A stretch of 63,922 bases of DNA, filler included, from Aduncisulcus paluster (taxonomy: Eukaryota): the NCBI GenBank assembly GCA_024181965.1. It is 12 parts of 12 records of this genome, joined end to end, with 100 filler letters (N's around TTAATTAATTAA, not from the genome) between each part and the next. Parts side by side here need not be neighbours in the genome. Positions count along the whole stretch, not along the records: positions 53,326 to 57,285 come from BQXS01010035.1; positions 57,386 to 62,182 come from BQXS01010036.1; positions 62,283 to 63,922 come from BQXS01010193.1; 9 more parts are not named here. The stretch is one strand, 5' to 3'. The notes under the pieces were generated by a model that did not search any database, was not told the origin of the DNA, and saw only the letters and a list, made by a program, of their open reading frames with translations. A program made the position numbers and the translations under genes. This document shows, one piece after another, positions 53,326-63,922 of the stretch; position 1 is the stretch's first letter; each line of letters begins with the position of its first letter.

Positions 53326-55502
53326 GGGATCTCATCGTCCAAAATATCCCTTTTCTTGGAGGAACCATGCACGTTCATTAAGATTTTCTCACACCTATCA
53401 CCTAACTCACGATCCGCCAGGCGCACAGCTTCTTCTACCCGTTCACCACCATGCGCGAGGTCGGTGTTTGTCAAGAAGTATTTAGCCTTCTCTTCACGTT
53501 TAGAATCAAAACCAGAGACATCCCTCTCGAGTTCAGTCATCTGTTTCTTCACGGGAGCTTGATTTCTAAAACCAACAGTGTACACACGGCGTTTGCCTTC
53601 ACCACTGTCCGCAATTTCACGTTCAGATTCTTTCTCACATGAATTTTCTGACTTCTCACTGATATCATCCCACATAGGCTCACTGTCAGCCATAGCCGGT
53701 TCACGATTGCACAGCTTACGTTCGGCTTCTGCCCACTTATAGATACCACGGCACCACTCATCACTTCCTTCCACAGGTTCTCTCCCAACACAGAGGGAGA
53801 TCTCACCACGTCTCCACGCGTTTGCAGCACGGTCTAAATACTCACGGGGAACTTTACTCCTATTTGCCACTTCAGCCTTTAGGCGTTCCTGCTCCTCAGG
53901 AGGCAAAGGGGTGTTCCGACACCATCTTCTGAAATGTCCTAACTGGCCACACCGAGTACACTTCACATCAGATATCGGTTGCCACTGCGGAGGTCGACCA
54001 GCTGGTCGGGACACACTCCTGCGATGACCACCAGAAGGTTTCGCTTCACGATGTGCTGACACGGGCACATGAGACACAGGGGGTTTCACAGGTTTTGGCT
54101 CAGGATGGGAGCGAGCCCAATCTTCCTCGGGAGCAATCGCCTCACGAAAACGACTTAAGGTGGGGAGGCTACTCTCTAAACCACACGCTGAGAGCCCTTT
54201 TCTGTACACTTCCCACCTTGCTTCAGGTATCACACGACGCACACGATCAACACGAAGATATTTCACACACTCCCACACGAAATGCTGAGCACTTCCACAA
54301 TAAACACAAGCAGGTTTGAACAAACTCTCTGATTTTTCAAGTTCTTTCTCAGCAGAGCCATCCACCTCACGAGAATGACGACCAAAGATCACCGAAGCTC
54401 TTTTCTTCCTATCCATGGATACACTGTCATCATCACTACTCACACCGGCACTAGCACGGCGTTTGTCACTGCCATTAAGGCCCACATAAGCACGTCCACG
54501 CACGAAATGGTTACTGGCTTCATTGGCCAGTTCTAACACGTAAGCACTAACCTCAAGAATCCCTTCACCTTGGAGTCTCACACCTTCAGGCTCTACACCA
54601 CCCACAGAGGTTGCACACATAGTTGACAGAGTTCCACTGCCACTTTCACCATAACGGCGGAGCTCTTCCACATCGCTCGCCACCTTCTCACTGAATAGCA
54701 CAGGTCGAAGCCCTTTCACCATAAGATCAACAGCACGACGTTGCTGGGACACACTCCACAGAGCTTCGGCACGACACGAATCGAGAAGACGAGTAAATTC
54801 CACCATATAAGGACCAACTTCATCTTCCTGGGCATAGTCACCAGTGCACTCACATTTAATAAGCTGGGCTTCTTCCACGAACTGTCCAAATGCTTTCTTA
54901 CTAGCGTAAGCATCGATCATGCCCTGTAAACACTGTTTCACATATTCAGGGTCTTCACAGTCACCACGATATTTTGTGTGTGTTTTAACACTGATAAGAC
55001 GTAGCACATTCGACTCAATGAGTGAATTCAAGCACGGAAGATCACAATGTATATCAGTCTTCAACAAATCAAGACACTGATTGCAGAAAGCCAACACGGA
55101 AGCTGATTTCAGTTCTACCAATTTATACACAGCAGCACGACCACGGGGAGCTTGAATATCTTTGGAAGATAACACGAGTAAACGAGAACGTTCACGAGAA
55201 GTCACAGGTTCAGCTCTTAACACGGACAGATCAGCTTCAGATAAAGGTTGACCACCAGGCACACCTTTAACAGTCTTTTTATCAACACAAGAAGAGGGTC
55301 CACAAGATTTTCCTTTCACAGATTCGGTTTCACCAGGAAAATCAACAGGATCTTCAGGAGCTTCATCAAAAGTAACAAGCTCTAACAAATCATTCTGTTC
55401 ATCCTTCTCAGTACTCTTCACAGTATCAGAGGTCACGTTATCACGGTTCTTTTTGTTGGAAATAACACGTTTCTTTCCAATTTTAATCACAGGTTTCATC
55501 AC
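53326..55502 (-). mobile_element. Gag-like ORF of an LTR retroelement with two CCHC zinc knuckles; 3' truncated
   Basis: CVYCGSAQHFVWEC and CTRCGQLGHFRRWC. Retrotransposon-gag-like YMVEFTRL...MVKGLRP. Upstream PBS-like sequence. Confidence 0.7.
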
Positions 55503-55770
55503 AGAAATAAATCACGATAAAATACAAATTATATGGAAATTTGATCAAATTGTGGTATTTGTATCTTAAAAATAAAGATAAAATCACAACCAAAAGTTTA
55601 ACTTACGGCAAATTTACTAAGATGATTTGTACAGGGATTGATTTGATCGGAGTCAAATCAATCACACAGTAATTATAAAATAAAACATGATTTCACGTTA
55701 TAATAAAATAGAATAAAATAATATAAAAAGAATAATTGATAAATATAAGATATGGCTGAAAAGTTTTGAA

Positions 55771-55781
55771 GCAGGTCACCA
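55771..55781 (-). promoter_or_regulatory. Candidate primer-binding site (TGG-initiated) following an LTR-like CA end
   Basis: Minus strand reads ...TACA-ATTG-TGGTGACCTGC, about 270 nt upstream of the minus-strand gag ATG. Confidence 0.35.
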
Positions 55782-55928
55782 CAATTGTACGTAATCTTCG
55801 GAATACATTGCCACTGTTACGGACGATCTATTTTTAGATCTTCTCAAATCTATTTTTAGATTTCTGTGTTTGAACGTTTATTGAGTAAATTGCCTCAGGT
55901 TATCCTGGTACAAATTGATCAATTTTCC

Positions 55929-57285
55929 ATGAAACCCGAATTGGAAAAGGTTCCGAGGCTGTTTGGTTTCGGAAAGAAGTTATTTCGAATGTTCTTGCGA
56001 GTATTCGAGAAATACCGAGCATTGGGTGGAGAAGCCTATTTGTTCGCTCTTATCGATGAACCCGCGCGGATTATTTATGAAGATGTTGTCGATGAGAAGC
56101 TTCCAGATCCTTCAGAGATGCTTACCACTATTGCTGATAAGGGAGAAGCTTTAGAAGCAATAGCCCAGTCTGAAGCGAAATTCTTGACCGCAGTTAAAGA
56201 GTATTTTGGTCAGCTATCTGGTTTGGATGCTATTTATTCTTTTCAAAGGATTAAGCTCTTTAAAATTAACATGGTCGATATCTCAAAATATCTTACTAGA
56301 TATCGCAATGTGCTGGTTCAAGTTGCCGACGGGGAGATTCCGAGTGGAAAACTCATCTCTAAACACTTCCTTCGAGGTATTAAGGATGCACAGTTTCGAC
56401 TGAGGGTGGAAACGGCTCTCGATAAGGTCTCCGGTGAAATTACTATGAAGACCCTAACAAAAGTCTTAATTGAGCAGGCTGCAATCGTAATCGAGACATT
56501 GGATGACTCGGCAAGATACGACACTCATAAGGAGGCTAGTTCTGATAAGCACCACAAGGAGTCTGGTAAACGTCGTTTCGGAACGAAGTATAAGGAAAAG
56601 AATGAAGGTAAACGCCACAATTCAAGCTCACGTCCTTTAGCAGAAGTTGAATGTTTTATTTGCCACGAGTTTGGTCATTATGCTCGCGATTGTCCTGATA
56701 AAAAGGATAAAAAGGGAGTAAAAGACAGATCTGGTTATTTACAACCTTTATTATGCCGAGCGATTCCAGATGGCAAGGATACTCATTTGATGGATGCTGA
56801 GATTGCTGTGAATGTTGGAGATAATGGCTCAGTACCATGTAAGATCTTGTTGGATACGGGAGCCACAAGATCATTTATTCCGAAAAATATATGGGAAAAG
56901 TTGGATAGAGACCAAGCAAAGACAGAAGAAATACGCCAAGAAATAATACTGGCTGATGGATCAAAGAAGTTTTCAACAATGCAAACTGTTTTACTAGTAT
57001 CCATTAACAATTCCTTCTTTGGGAAGAATCTCCAATTTTGGGAGGTGTTTGTCATATGGGAATCCGAACAAGACATTATAATCTTGGGACTCCAAACGAT
57101 TTTGGAAAAAGGATTATTGGATTTACTAAATCCACAAAAAAGAACGGAACCTTTTGTGAATGATAATGAAGACTCTGAATCAGAGGGCTTTAGGGGTACT
57201 GACCAGGTTATATCCCTTCGAGAGCCGATAAAGGATCTATCTGAACATTATACAAAGGTTATGGAAAGAGAAACACAAGCTATGG
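55929..57285 (+). mobile_element. Ty3/gypsy gag-protease ORF (zinc knuckle + aspartic protease), 3' truncated
   Basis: CFICHEFGHYARDC, ILLDTGATRSF, LADGS and IILG, all in one frame. Confidence 0.88.
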
Positions 57286-57385
57286 NNNNNNNNNNNNNNN
57301 NNNNNNNNNNNNNNNNNNNNNNNNNNNNNTTAATTAATTAANNNNNNNNNNNNNNNNNNNNNNNNNNNNNNNNNNNNNNNNNNNN

Positions 57386-57732
57386 GTTTCATCATAGAAA
57401 TATCCATCTTCACATTCGGCCGCATAACGACCAGGATATACCTCATTGCAGACTAAATGATCATCGTCAGAGAGATACATGGAACATTCTTCAGAGAAAC
57501 CATCGCCAAGGACAGACTGAAAGGAAACATAGAGAATAACCAGGAATATGAGGATGTTAGAAATAGAGTTCACCAAGGAATTCGACAAGGGCAGTAGACT
57601 GTGCTTTGGAGGCACTGAATGGGTTAAATGTGATTTGTTGCGGGGAGATGTCAATGATTTCATGATGGAACTTTTGGATTCAGAATCCACAAAAGGAGCT
57701 CTAATAAATATCAAAGGGGGTAGAGAATGCAT
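57386..57732 (-). CDS. N-terminus of a secreted/surface Cys-containing protein
   Basis: Hydrophobic signal ILIFLVILYVSFQSVLG, then CSMYLSDDDHLVCNEVYPGRYAAEC. Cut by contig end. Confidence 0.55.
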
Positions 57733-58186
57733 GCTTTATGAAGATTTAAGGAGATTTTAAAATCTCAATTAAGTCAAGCAAGGAAAATGACCGACTTAGT
57801 GTTGAATGATGAACACTCGCTCTATAGTTATGTGATTATCAAAACTCCACTGTTCAGATCATTACACGATCAAAATAAAAATAAATAACAGAAAAAATAA
57901 ATTTCAAAGCTATAATGGCAAGCAGATTTGTTTTAATCATCAAATTTGTCAACAATACAAATTACACTGTAGAAAATTTATATATATCTTGTGCTGCAAT
58001 GATAATATAATGCTAAATTAATTCGTTTTTTCATATTATCCACGAGTTCTGCTGAGATCATCAACTCGATCTCAATTCTGGCATAGAACATATCTGCATT
58101 TTTTGCCATTCTATCCACTATCTATCTCTCCAATCGTGTATAAATAGAAATTATTCTTTGATTCTAACTTATTTTCCCTGCTTCAC

Positions 58187-58310
58187 TCTTCATTTGCACT
58201 TCCGAAGAATGCCGAAGTTCCGGGTCAATTGAATGTAGCCGACAGCCGATCAGCCAACGTCGGTCTATATGCATTTATCTCCCGAAGTTCCCAGGCTGGG
58301 AACAAAATAT
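58187..58310 (-). ncRNA. Candidate structured non-coding RNA (unassigned)
   Basis: GC-richer island with three adjacent predicted hairpins, G-U wobbles on the minus strand and a cUUCGg tetraloop. Confidence 0.3.
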
Positions 58311-58835
58311 ACAGAGCTATCTATCTTTGTCAACTATCGAATAATTACATTTTAAAGTTTATTTAACCCTTCAAAACCAGATATTAATTGTGATTATTGC
58401 GATATCCGGATATTGTGATCCTCATCAGAATCCAACGATATCACGTTCGTGCATTCTATTGGCGATAATTTGTATGATTTTATTTCGAAAGTTTTAAAAC
58501 AAACAAAATTTGTAGATNNNNNNNNNNNNNNNNNNNNATGTAGCCGACAGCCGATCAGCCAACGTCGGTCTATATGCATTTATCTCCCGAAGTTCCCAGG
58601 CTGGGAACAAAATATACAGAGCTATCTATCTTTGTCAACTATCGAATAATTACATTTTAAAGTTTATTTAACCCTTCAAAACCAGATATTAATTGTGATT
58701 ATTGCGATATCCGGATATTGTGATCCTCATCAGAATCCAACGATATCACGTTCGTGCATTCTATTGGCGATAATTTGTATGATTTTATTTCGAAAGTTTT
58801 AAAACAAACAAAATTTGTAGATGACATTATTATTA

Positions 58836-60821
58836 TTATTTTGCAGAAAAGTGGTATGAAAATAATTTTGAAAACTTCTTTCTCTTTATCCATAATTCTA
58901 AAGATTTTATCAGGTATGATTGTAGATTTAGTCCAAAATGTGTCATTTCACGTGAGAGATGCGTAAAATCTTTTGATCCTATTGCCAACATTCTTTCTTC
59001 TTCTTGAACCAGTATTTCAATACATCTAGATAAGGATGCATACGAATCGTAATACTGTGAAACTTCCATAAATCCCTCAGTGATGAGCGTGTTAATTATA
59101 ATTAAACAATTCTTTTTGAATTTAATGTTGACATTAGATGGATCCTTGATTCCATGAATAACGTCACGAATAAGCGATTTGATCATAGAAATCCTCGATA
59201 TGTCGGAGATGGCTATATATGGATGGGATATAAATGGAATAATGTGAGAAAGAGAGATTGCAGCGTTCCATTTTCCTTTAATATTCGAAATGAACATTCT
59301 ATCGCAGAGAACATTCGATAAGAATTCAAAGCAAGATTGATAAAACTCTGCTTGGGGAGTATCTTTTGAGGTTTGGGACATGACAAATGATTTGTTCACG
59401 GCTTTAATTTTTCTTTCTTCGGCATCTTCAACTTCTGTAGATAATTCCTTGAATACCTCGTCATCAACGAGTTTCAAATCATAGAGACGGCAAATAATAT
59501 AAATAGTCAAACCAATTATTCTAATTATAGAGACTAGATTGCGCATCCCAAGGCCTTGCTCACATATCAATGATTTTATCACTGGAGTCAAATCCATAAG
59601 AACAGGAATGGGGATATAGGAAATAAAATCATCCTTCTCAACCTCAGTTTTGGTACTGGCATCATCTATCTTGACATGATCATGCGTGGAGGTCCGTGAA
59701 CTACTAATGCCGGCAAACTTCCATAATACGACAGCAATACAAGCCAATGATTCAGTTCGAATCATTCGATTACACTTGGGATCGACAATGCCATGCATGC
59801 ATACCTCAAGAACATCCGCAAGAAAACAAGGATTATCTGAGAGAGGTGGGAAATTCACAAGGGAAGACAGAGCATGCAGTGACGAGCGTACGAGAACAGG
59901 AGAAGCCATTAAAGGGGAGCTGGAGGATATATCTATAGGAGATGTTGATTTGGAAGATGATTGTGAGGCTTCCTCATGTTCAAGCTCAACAATAGCATCA
60001 AGGGACGCATAGCCAAGACAAAAATCACATATATTGCGAATAGATGATTCTGACATTAATTGAAGTGTATGGGCATTCAGACAGGATATAGCATGACATA
60101 AATGTGATAATGCAGCAGAGTTTCCTTGCGAATTTTTAAAAAGCAACCCAAAACACTTGTCCCAGACTTGGAATTGTGATGAATCTTCAGTTGGCTCAGT
60201 CTTTGGCTTCGAAAGGGCATCAATCAGTGATTTAAAAAGAAAACATAGAGATAAATTCATGTCAATTGGTAATTTAGAGGATTTAGACGAGGAAAATCGT
60301 GATGTGAGTTGGGAAGTAAGAAGAGATATATTATAATCAATAAGAGCTAAAACATCATGAAATGCAAGTGAAATAAGAGTTCCAAGAAGTTTGATCCTTG
60401 AAATATCTTCTTCGTAATCAAGAGATATTTGAAAACACGGAGGTGTTATCACTCGAATAATACTTTGAATTAGAGAAGTTGGTCGTTTAATATGATATAA
60501 AACATTGCAAATAAGGTTATTTAATTTTGTTAGAATAGTTGAAATGTTTTCAATCGGACTCGTAGAGGGATCTGAAAGGAATTCAGAATTAATGATGAAA
60601 ATAAACTTTTCTTTACATCTATCCGATAAACATGTCATGTATTTTGATTTATCCAATAATTTATCTATTAATATGGCTCTTTCTATTTGATTAGGTCCAT
60701 CTAAATGTTTCAATTCAGAATACTCCGAAAGAATACTGTATAAAGATATTTCTAAATCCTTTTCTTTTTGTCGCATACCTTTTTTCCCAGAAAATGTTTT
60801 ACATTCGACACTGAGTTTCAT
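58836..60821 (-). CDS. HEAT/ARM-repeat protein, HEATR6-like
   Basis: Helical Leu-rich ORF. NIKGKWNAAISLSHI...NVNIKFKKNC resembles the HEATR6 C-terminal motif. Confidence 0.55.
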   Translation of the reverse strand: MKLSVECKTFSGKKGMRQKEKDLEISLYSILSEYSELKHLDGPNQIERAILIDKLLDKSKYMTCLSDRCKEKFIFIINSEFLSDPSTSPIENISTILTKLNNLICNVLYHIKRPTSLIQSIIRVITPPCFQISLDYEEDISRIKLLGTLISLAFHDVLALIDYNISLLTSQLTSRFSSSKSSKLPIDMNLSLCFLFKSLIDALSKPKTEPTEDSSQFQVWDKCFGLLFKNSQGNSAALSHLCHAISCLNAHTLQLMSESSIRNICDFCLGYASLDAIVELEHEEASQSSSKSTSPIDISSSSPLMASPVLVRSSLHALSSLVNFPPLSDNPCFLADVLEVCMHGIVDPKCNRMIRTESLACIAVVLWKFAGISSSRTSTHDHVKIDDASTKTEVEKDDFISYIPIPVLMDLTPVIKSLICEQGLGMRNLVSIIRIIGLTIYIICRLYDLKLVDDEVFKELSTEVEDAEERKIKAVNKSFVMSQTSKDTPQAEFYQSCFEFLSNVLCDRMFISNIKGKWNAAISLSHIIPFISHPYIAISDISRISMIKSLIRDVIHGIKDPSNVNIKFKKNCLIIINTLITEGFMEVSQYYDSYASLSRCIEILVQEEERMLAIGSKDFTHLSREMTHFGLNLQSYLIKSLELWIKRKKFSKLFSYHFSAK

Positions 60822-60946
60822 GTATTGACGACAAAATCGGATTTGAATTTTCTATTCTCCAAATTCAATTTAATATTCGTTTTTCTGCTAAATTAAAATA
60901 ATATCTTACAGTTTTAAGTTTATTTTTTACCTAATATCTAATCATT

Positions 60947-62182
60947 TCAGAATACAGCATGGAATTCTTCACAAGTCTTCAAGAAATAGACATAATCGAC
61001 AACGAATGGGTCCATTCTTCCGGCAAAGACGGTACAGCATTTATCTAACAAAGGAATTGGGATAGTGGGAACAGCACTTACCAAGGCCCTTTTAAATTGG
61101 GAATGAGACACAGAACCTCTCTTCAAACGATCATATCCATGGAAGAATTGGGCAATGGTCATCGAAGCTCCCTTGAAATATGGGAGAATCTCTTCAACAC
61201 ATGCTCTGGCAGACACGTGTCTCGTTTCTTTTGATTCTTCTCCTTCACCTTGGGTCACAGCCTGGATGACAGCCTCGGTTGTCGTTTGAGGGAATATCGG
61301 GGCTGTTCCCTTGAAACCAGCACTCATACTTGCCTGCGGATGGACGGCGTGTGTAGCCATTCGTTGATCAAGAGTGTCAGAGAGGACAGTGGCTTTTGTC
61401 CTGTGAACATTCAGATCAACCAAAAACTGCCTATAATTCACCAAACGGCCTTCTGGACGGACATACCCACCGTCAGACGTCTCTTGAACTGCATAATGTG
61501 TCGTGAGAAGTTCATGGGCTTCGTCGGAGAGATCAGTTGTCATGCCGGCAGAACTAAAGACGGCACTAAACTTCGGAAGAGGAACTTTACCAGTTCTGCG
61601 AGAATCAAATTGCATAAAGAAAGGTTGTAAATTGATTCTTTTCTCCCCAATGATGTAGGAAATGCGGCTAAGAATCTGATCAATACCCCGTGAACGAGTA
61701 ACTTGGGTGGCTGAAGCGAAATGATCATCGCCTTCAATCATCGTACCGACTGTTTCTTCACGGTCAGCCCCACTTGCTTGTTTCAATGCAGGATCTCCCT
61801 TTAATACTTCGTTAGTAAACATAACATAATCGACCATTCCTTTGTGTCTTCCTGTTCTGGAGGTGAAATGATCGGTCATTTTGTTAAGATACAATTCATC
61901 GGTAACACAAAGAACCTTACACATACTCAAAACACGCTGGAACTGTAGACGGGATACGTGACCACTCCGAAGTGGATCAAAAGATCTAAAAATAGGTACA
62001 GGGCTAATATTAAGCTTGTAGAAATCTCTTCTAATTCTGGCAAGCAGTGCAGAATGGTCATCAGAGGTACCCATTGTTGATGTTGTTGATCCAGAAACGG
62101 CAAATGGTTTCCCTTGCTTCCTTGATTGTTCCTCTTCGTAAACGCTGACACCCTTATAGGTGAAGGCGCTTGGCCTACATTC
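60947..62182 (-). CDS. Multi-EF-hand protein (EFCAB6-like, possibly flagellar); N-terminus missing
   Basis: Repeated FRSFDPLRSGHVSRLQF, FMQFDSRRTGKVPLPKF and FHGYDRLKRGSVSHSQF, each paired with VDY/VNY motifs. Confidence 0.75.
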   Translation of the reverse strand, partial: ECRPSAFTYKGVSVYEEEQSRKQGKPFAVSGSTTSTMGTSDDHSALLARIRRDFYKLNISPVPIFRSFDPLRSGHVSRLQFQRVLSMCKVLCVTDELYLNKMTDHFTSRTGRHKGMVDYVMFTNEVLKGDPALKQASGADREETVGTMIEGDDHFASATQVTRSRGIDQILSRISYIIGEKRINLQPFFMQFDSRRTGKVPLPKFSAVFSSAGMTTDLSDEAHELLTTHYAVQETSDGGYVRPEGRLVNYRQFLVDLNVHRTKATVLSDTLDQRMATHAVHPQASMSAGFKGTAPIFPQTTTEAVIQAVTQGEGEESKETRHVSARACVEEILPYFKGASMTIAQFFHGYDRLKRGSVSHSQFKRALVSAVPTIPIPLLDKCCTVFAGRMDPFVVDYVYFLKTCEEFHAVF

Positions 62183-62282
62183 NNNNNNNNNNNNNNNNNN
62201 NNNNNNNNNNNNNNNNNNNNNNNNNNTTAATTAATTAANNNNNNNNNNNNNNNNNNNNNNNNNNNNNNNNNNNNNNNNNNNN

Positions 62283-63723
62283 GATCGATCATGTACGATT
62301 GGAAGAAGACGCTGAAGTTAGAAAGATGGGCATGGTGGCTCAGCTGGAACAACAGCTTGAAGAAGAAAAAGAGAAGGTTAGAAATGAACGAATGGAGCTG
62401 TGGCGTCTCAGAGAAACCATGGAGAAGCGTGATCTCGATCTTGAGGACAGAGAGCGTCAAGTTCGTGCATATGAGAGAAGTATGGAGGAAAAGAATAAGG
62501 AACTGAGGATACGTGAGGAAGAGCGGGTGAAACAGCTAGCCGTGTGGCAGGAAGAGGAAGTTGCAAGGCACAACAAGGAACTCGAAGAAAAGATAGCCCT
62601 TGAGAAACAAAGGAAACAAGAGGAAATTGATCGTCTCGAGCAAGAGAAGGAACTTGATATTAGGCTTATGACAGCTCAAAAACAACGTGAAATGGATCTT
62701 CAGAGAAGAAAGTTGGAGAATGAGAGAGCCCTCAGTCGCCAGAGGCAAAGAGAATCCCGTGAGAGAGAACGTGTTGAGATTGAGAAACAACTTGAGAGTG
62801 AGATGATGGAGAAAGAAGAGAAAGAACGGTTACTTGCAATGACTATGGAAGAAGTTGAAAAGGAGAAAGAGCAGAGAGAGCTGGAAAGGGAGCAATTAGA
62901 GGAGCAAATAAGTATTCAAGAGGTTAAATACGAGGACTTTAAGGAGCAAATGAGACTCCAGCTTGAAGAGAAGGAACGTCTACTCGAGGATCGCAATCGT
63001 CTTGTCCGAGAGAAAGACAGACAGTTGGGGTATAAGGACCAAGAACTTGAAGATAAGACTCAAGAATTGTATGAACAAGAACAGGAAATAATTCAGAGAG
63101 AGAGAGAAATGGAGCTACGTGAGCGAGAGATGAAGGAGCTTGAAGAGCAGCACCTTGAACAATTAGCCATTCTAAAAGAACAACTCGCACGGAATCAGAC
63201 TGTGTCTCGCCTTCTCTCGTCGCGTTCCACTTCTAGTGGACATAACAACGTTCCTGCCGCCTCCTCTGCCGTGTATGGGACGCGTTCTTCTGGTGTTCGT
63301 ACCGGCCAGATGTCTGTGAGGGTGTCTGGACGGCATGTTGTTGACGACGATGAACGTGGGTTTGAGAAGATGGGTTATGCAACTGAGTATGACGGTCTTG
63401 GTGGAGGGATGCTGATGTATGACGATGATGAGCGTCGTCGCCGTGAGGATGCTGCCCTTGAGTACGCCCTGCATCGTGAGCTCACAGATACGACTCCCGA
63501 TGAGCTCAACGTGGAGATGATGGATTCCTCGCAGCTTGCGTATGACCAGGACATGCTTCTTGAAGAAGACGATGAGGAGACGCTCACTGTCGTCGAGTTC
63601 TCTGCTGCTTCGCGTCCTGAGTCGCGTGTTATGAGGCGTGGGAAGCGGGCGTCAAGCTCCCTGGGAGATGTGAGTGGGAGTGTCCGTCAACCGAGTGACC
63701 AAATGGATGTGAGTGATCTGTGA
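62283..63723 (+). CDS. C-terminal part of a long charged coiled-coil protein
   Basis: E/R/K/Q-rich heptad-like ORF from the contig edge to TGA at 63721-63723. Confidence 0.75.
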
Positions 63724-63922
63724 CTCTTGCCGACTGTGAGTTTGCTCTCTCTGTGAGATGATCATGTGTGCATGGACACTCACTGTTTCCGTCACCCTCC
63801 CCAATGTAATCATTATTGCTGTTCTGTCATCTTGATCATTCAACAACCCGTGATGACTACCATCGGAAGTTTGTGTATGTCTCTTCTCGCCCCATTTCGC
63901 GAAGTTCATCAAAAATAAAATA

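Noticed and set aside
55893-55912. GGTTAT after CCTCA as a half-tRNA-iMet PBS for the plus-strand gypsy
   Set aside because: Only a 6-nt match, and there is no second LTR in the window to confirm the boundary.
58280-58303. 5S rRNA or SRP Alu 3' end (CCAGCCTGGGAAC similarity)
   Set aside because: The flanking sequence lacks the rest of 5S and the SRP helix-8 motif.
58399-58444. Hammerhead ribozyme (CUGAUGA core on the minus strand)
   Set aside because: Stem II is followed by GGAU rather than the required GAAA, so the core is incomplete.
803-63723. Non-standard genetic code (TAA/TAG = Gln as in hexamitid diplomonads)
   Set aside because: Conserved genes (copine, EB1, LSm3, Arp, SLC35) end at TAA at the expected positions, and long ORFs lack in-frame TAR.

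Overview
This is gene-dense, AT-rich, intron-poor eukaryotic (protist) DNA read in the standard genetic code. It is probably a free-living fornicate (Aduncisulcus/Carpediemonas-like organism), inferred from protein-family resemblance only. The window is not a contiguous locus. Twelve short contigs are concatenated with 100-bp N-TTAATTAATTAA-N linkers, and five 20-N gaps have duplicated flanks. Housekeeping genes: an SLC35F6-like transporter, copine, LSm3 and EB1 (each with one GT-AG intron), ISY1, an Arp4-like protein, the CLASP C-terminus, EF-hand/WD40, HEAT-repeat and EF-hand proteins, and tRNA-Glu(CTC). Secreted or membrane proteins: two BPI/LBP-like proteins, a large EGF-repeat receptor, and TM2, DRAM/Frag1 and TMEM151-like proteins. 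There is also a degenerate Rab-like GTPase. Mobile-element pieces are abundant: a chromodomain-bearing Ty3/gypsy gag-pol, two back-to-back gag genes, hAT transposase fragments, an RLE non-LTR tail and OTU-bearing fragments. The most striking unexplained signal is a recurrent class of sequence-unrelated, odd-length palindromes centred on one unpaired base. They sit on or just behind stop codons of unrelated genes on five contigs and also form a 10-bp-phased chain in a convergent intergenic region. A candidate structured ncRNA lies at about 58.2 kb.
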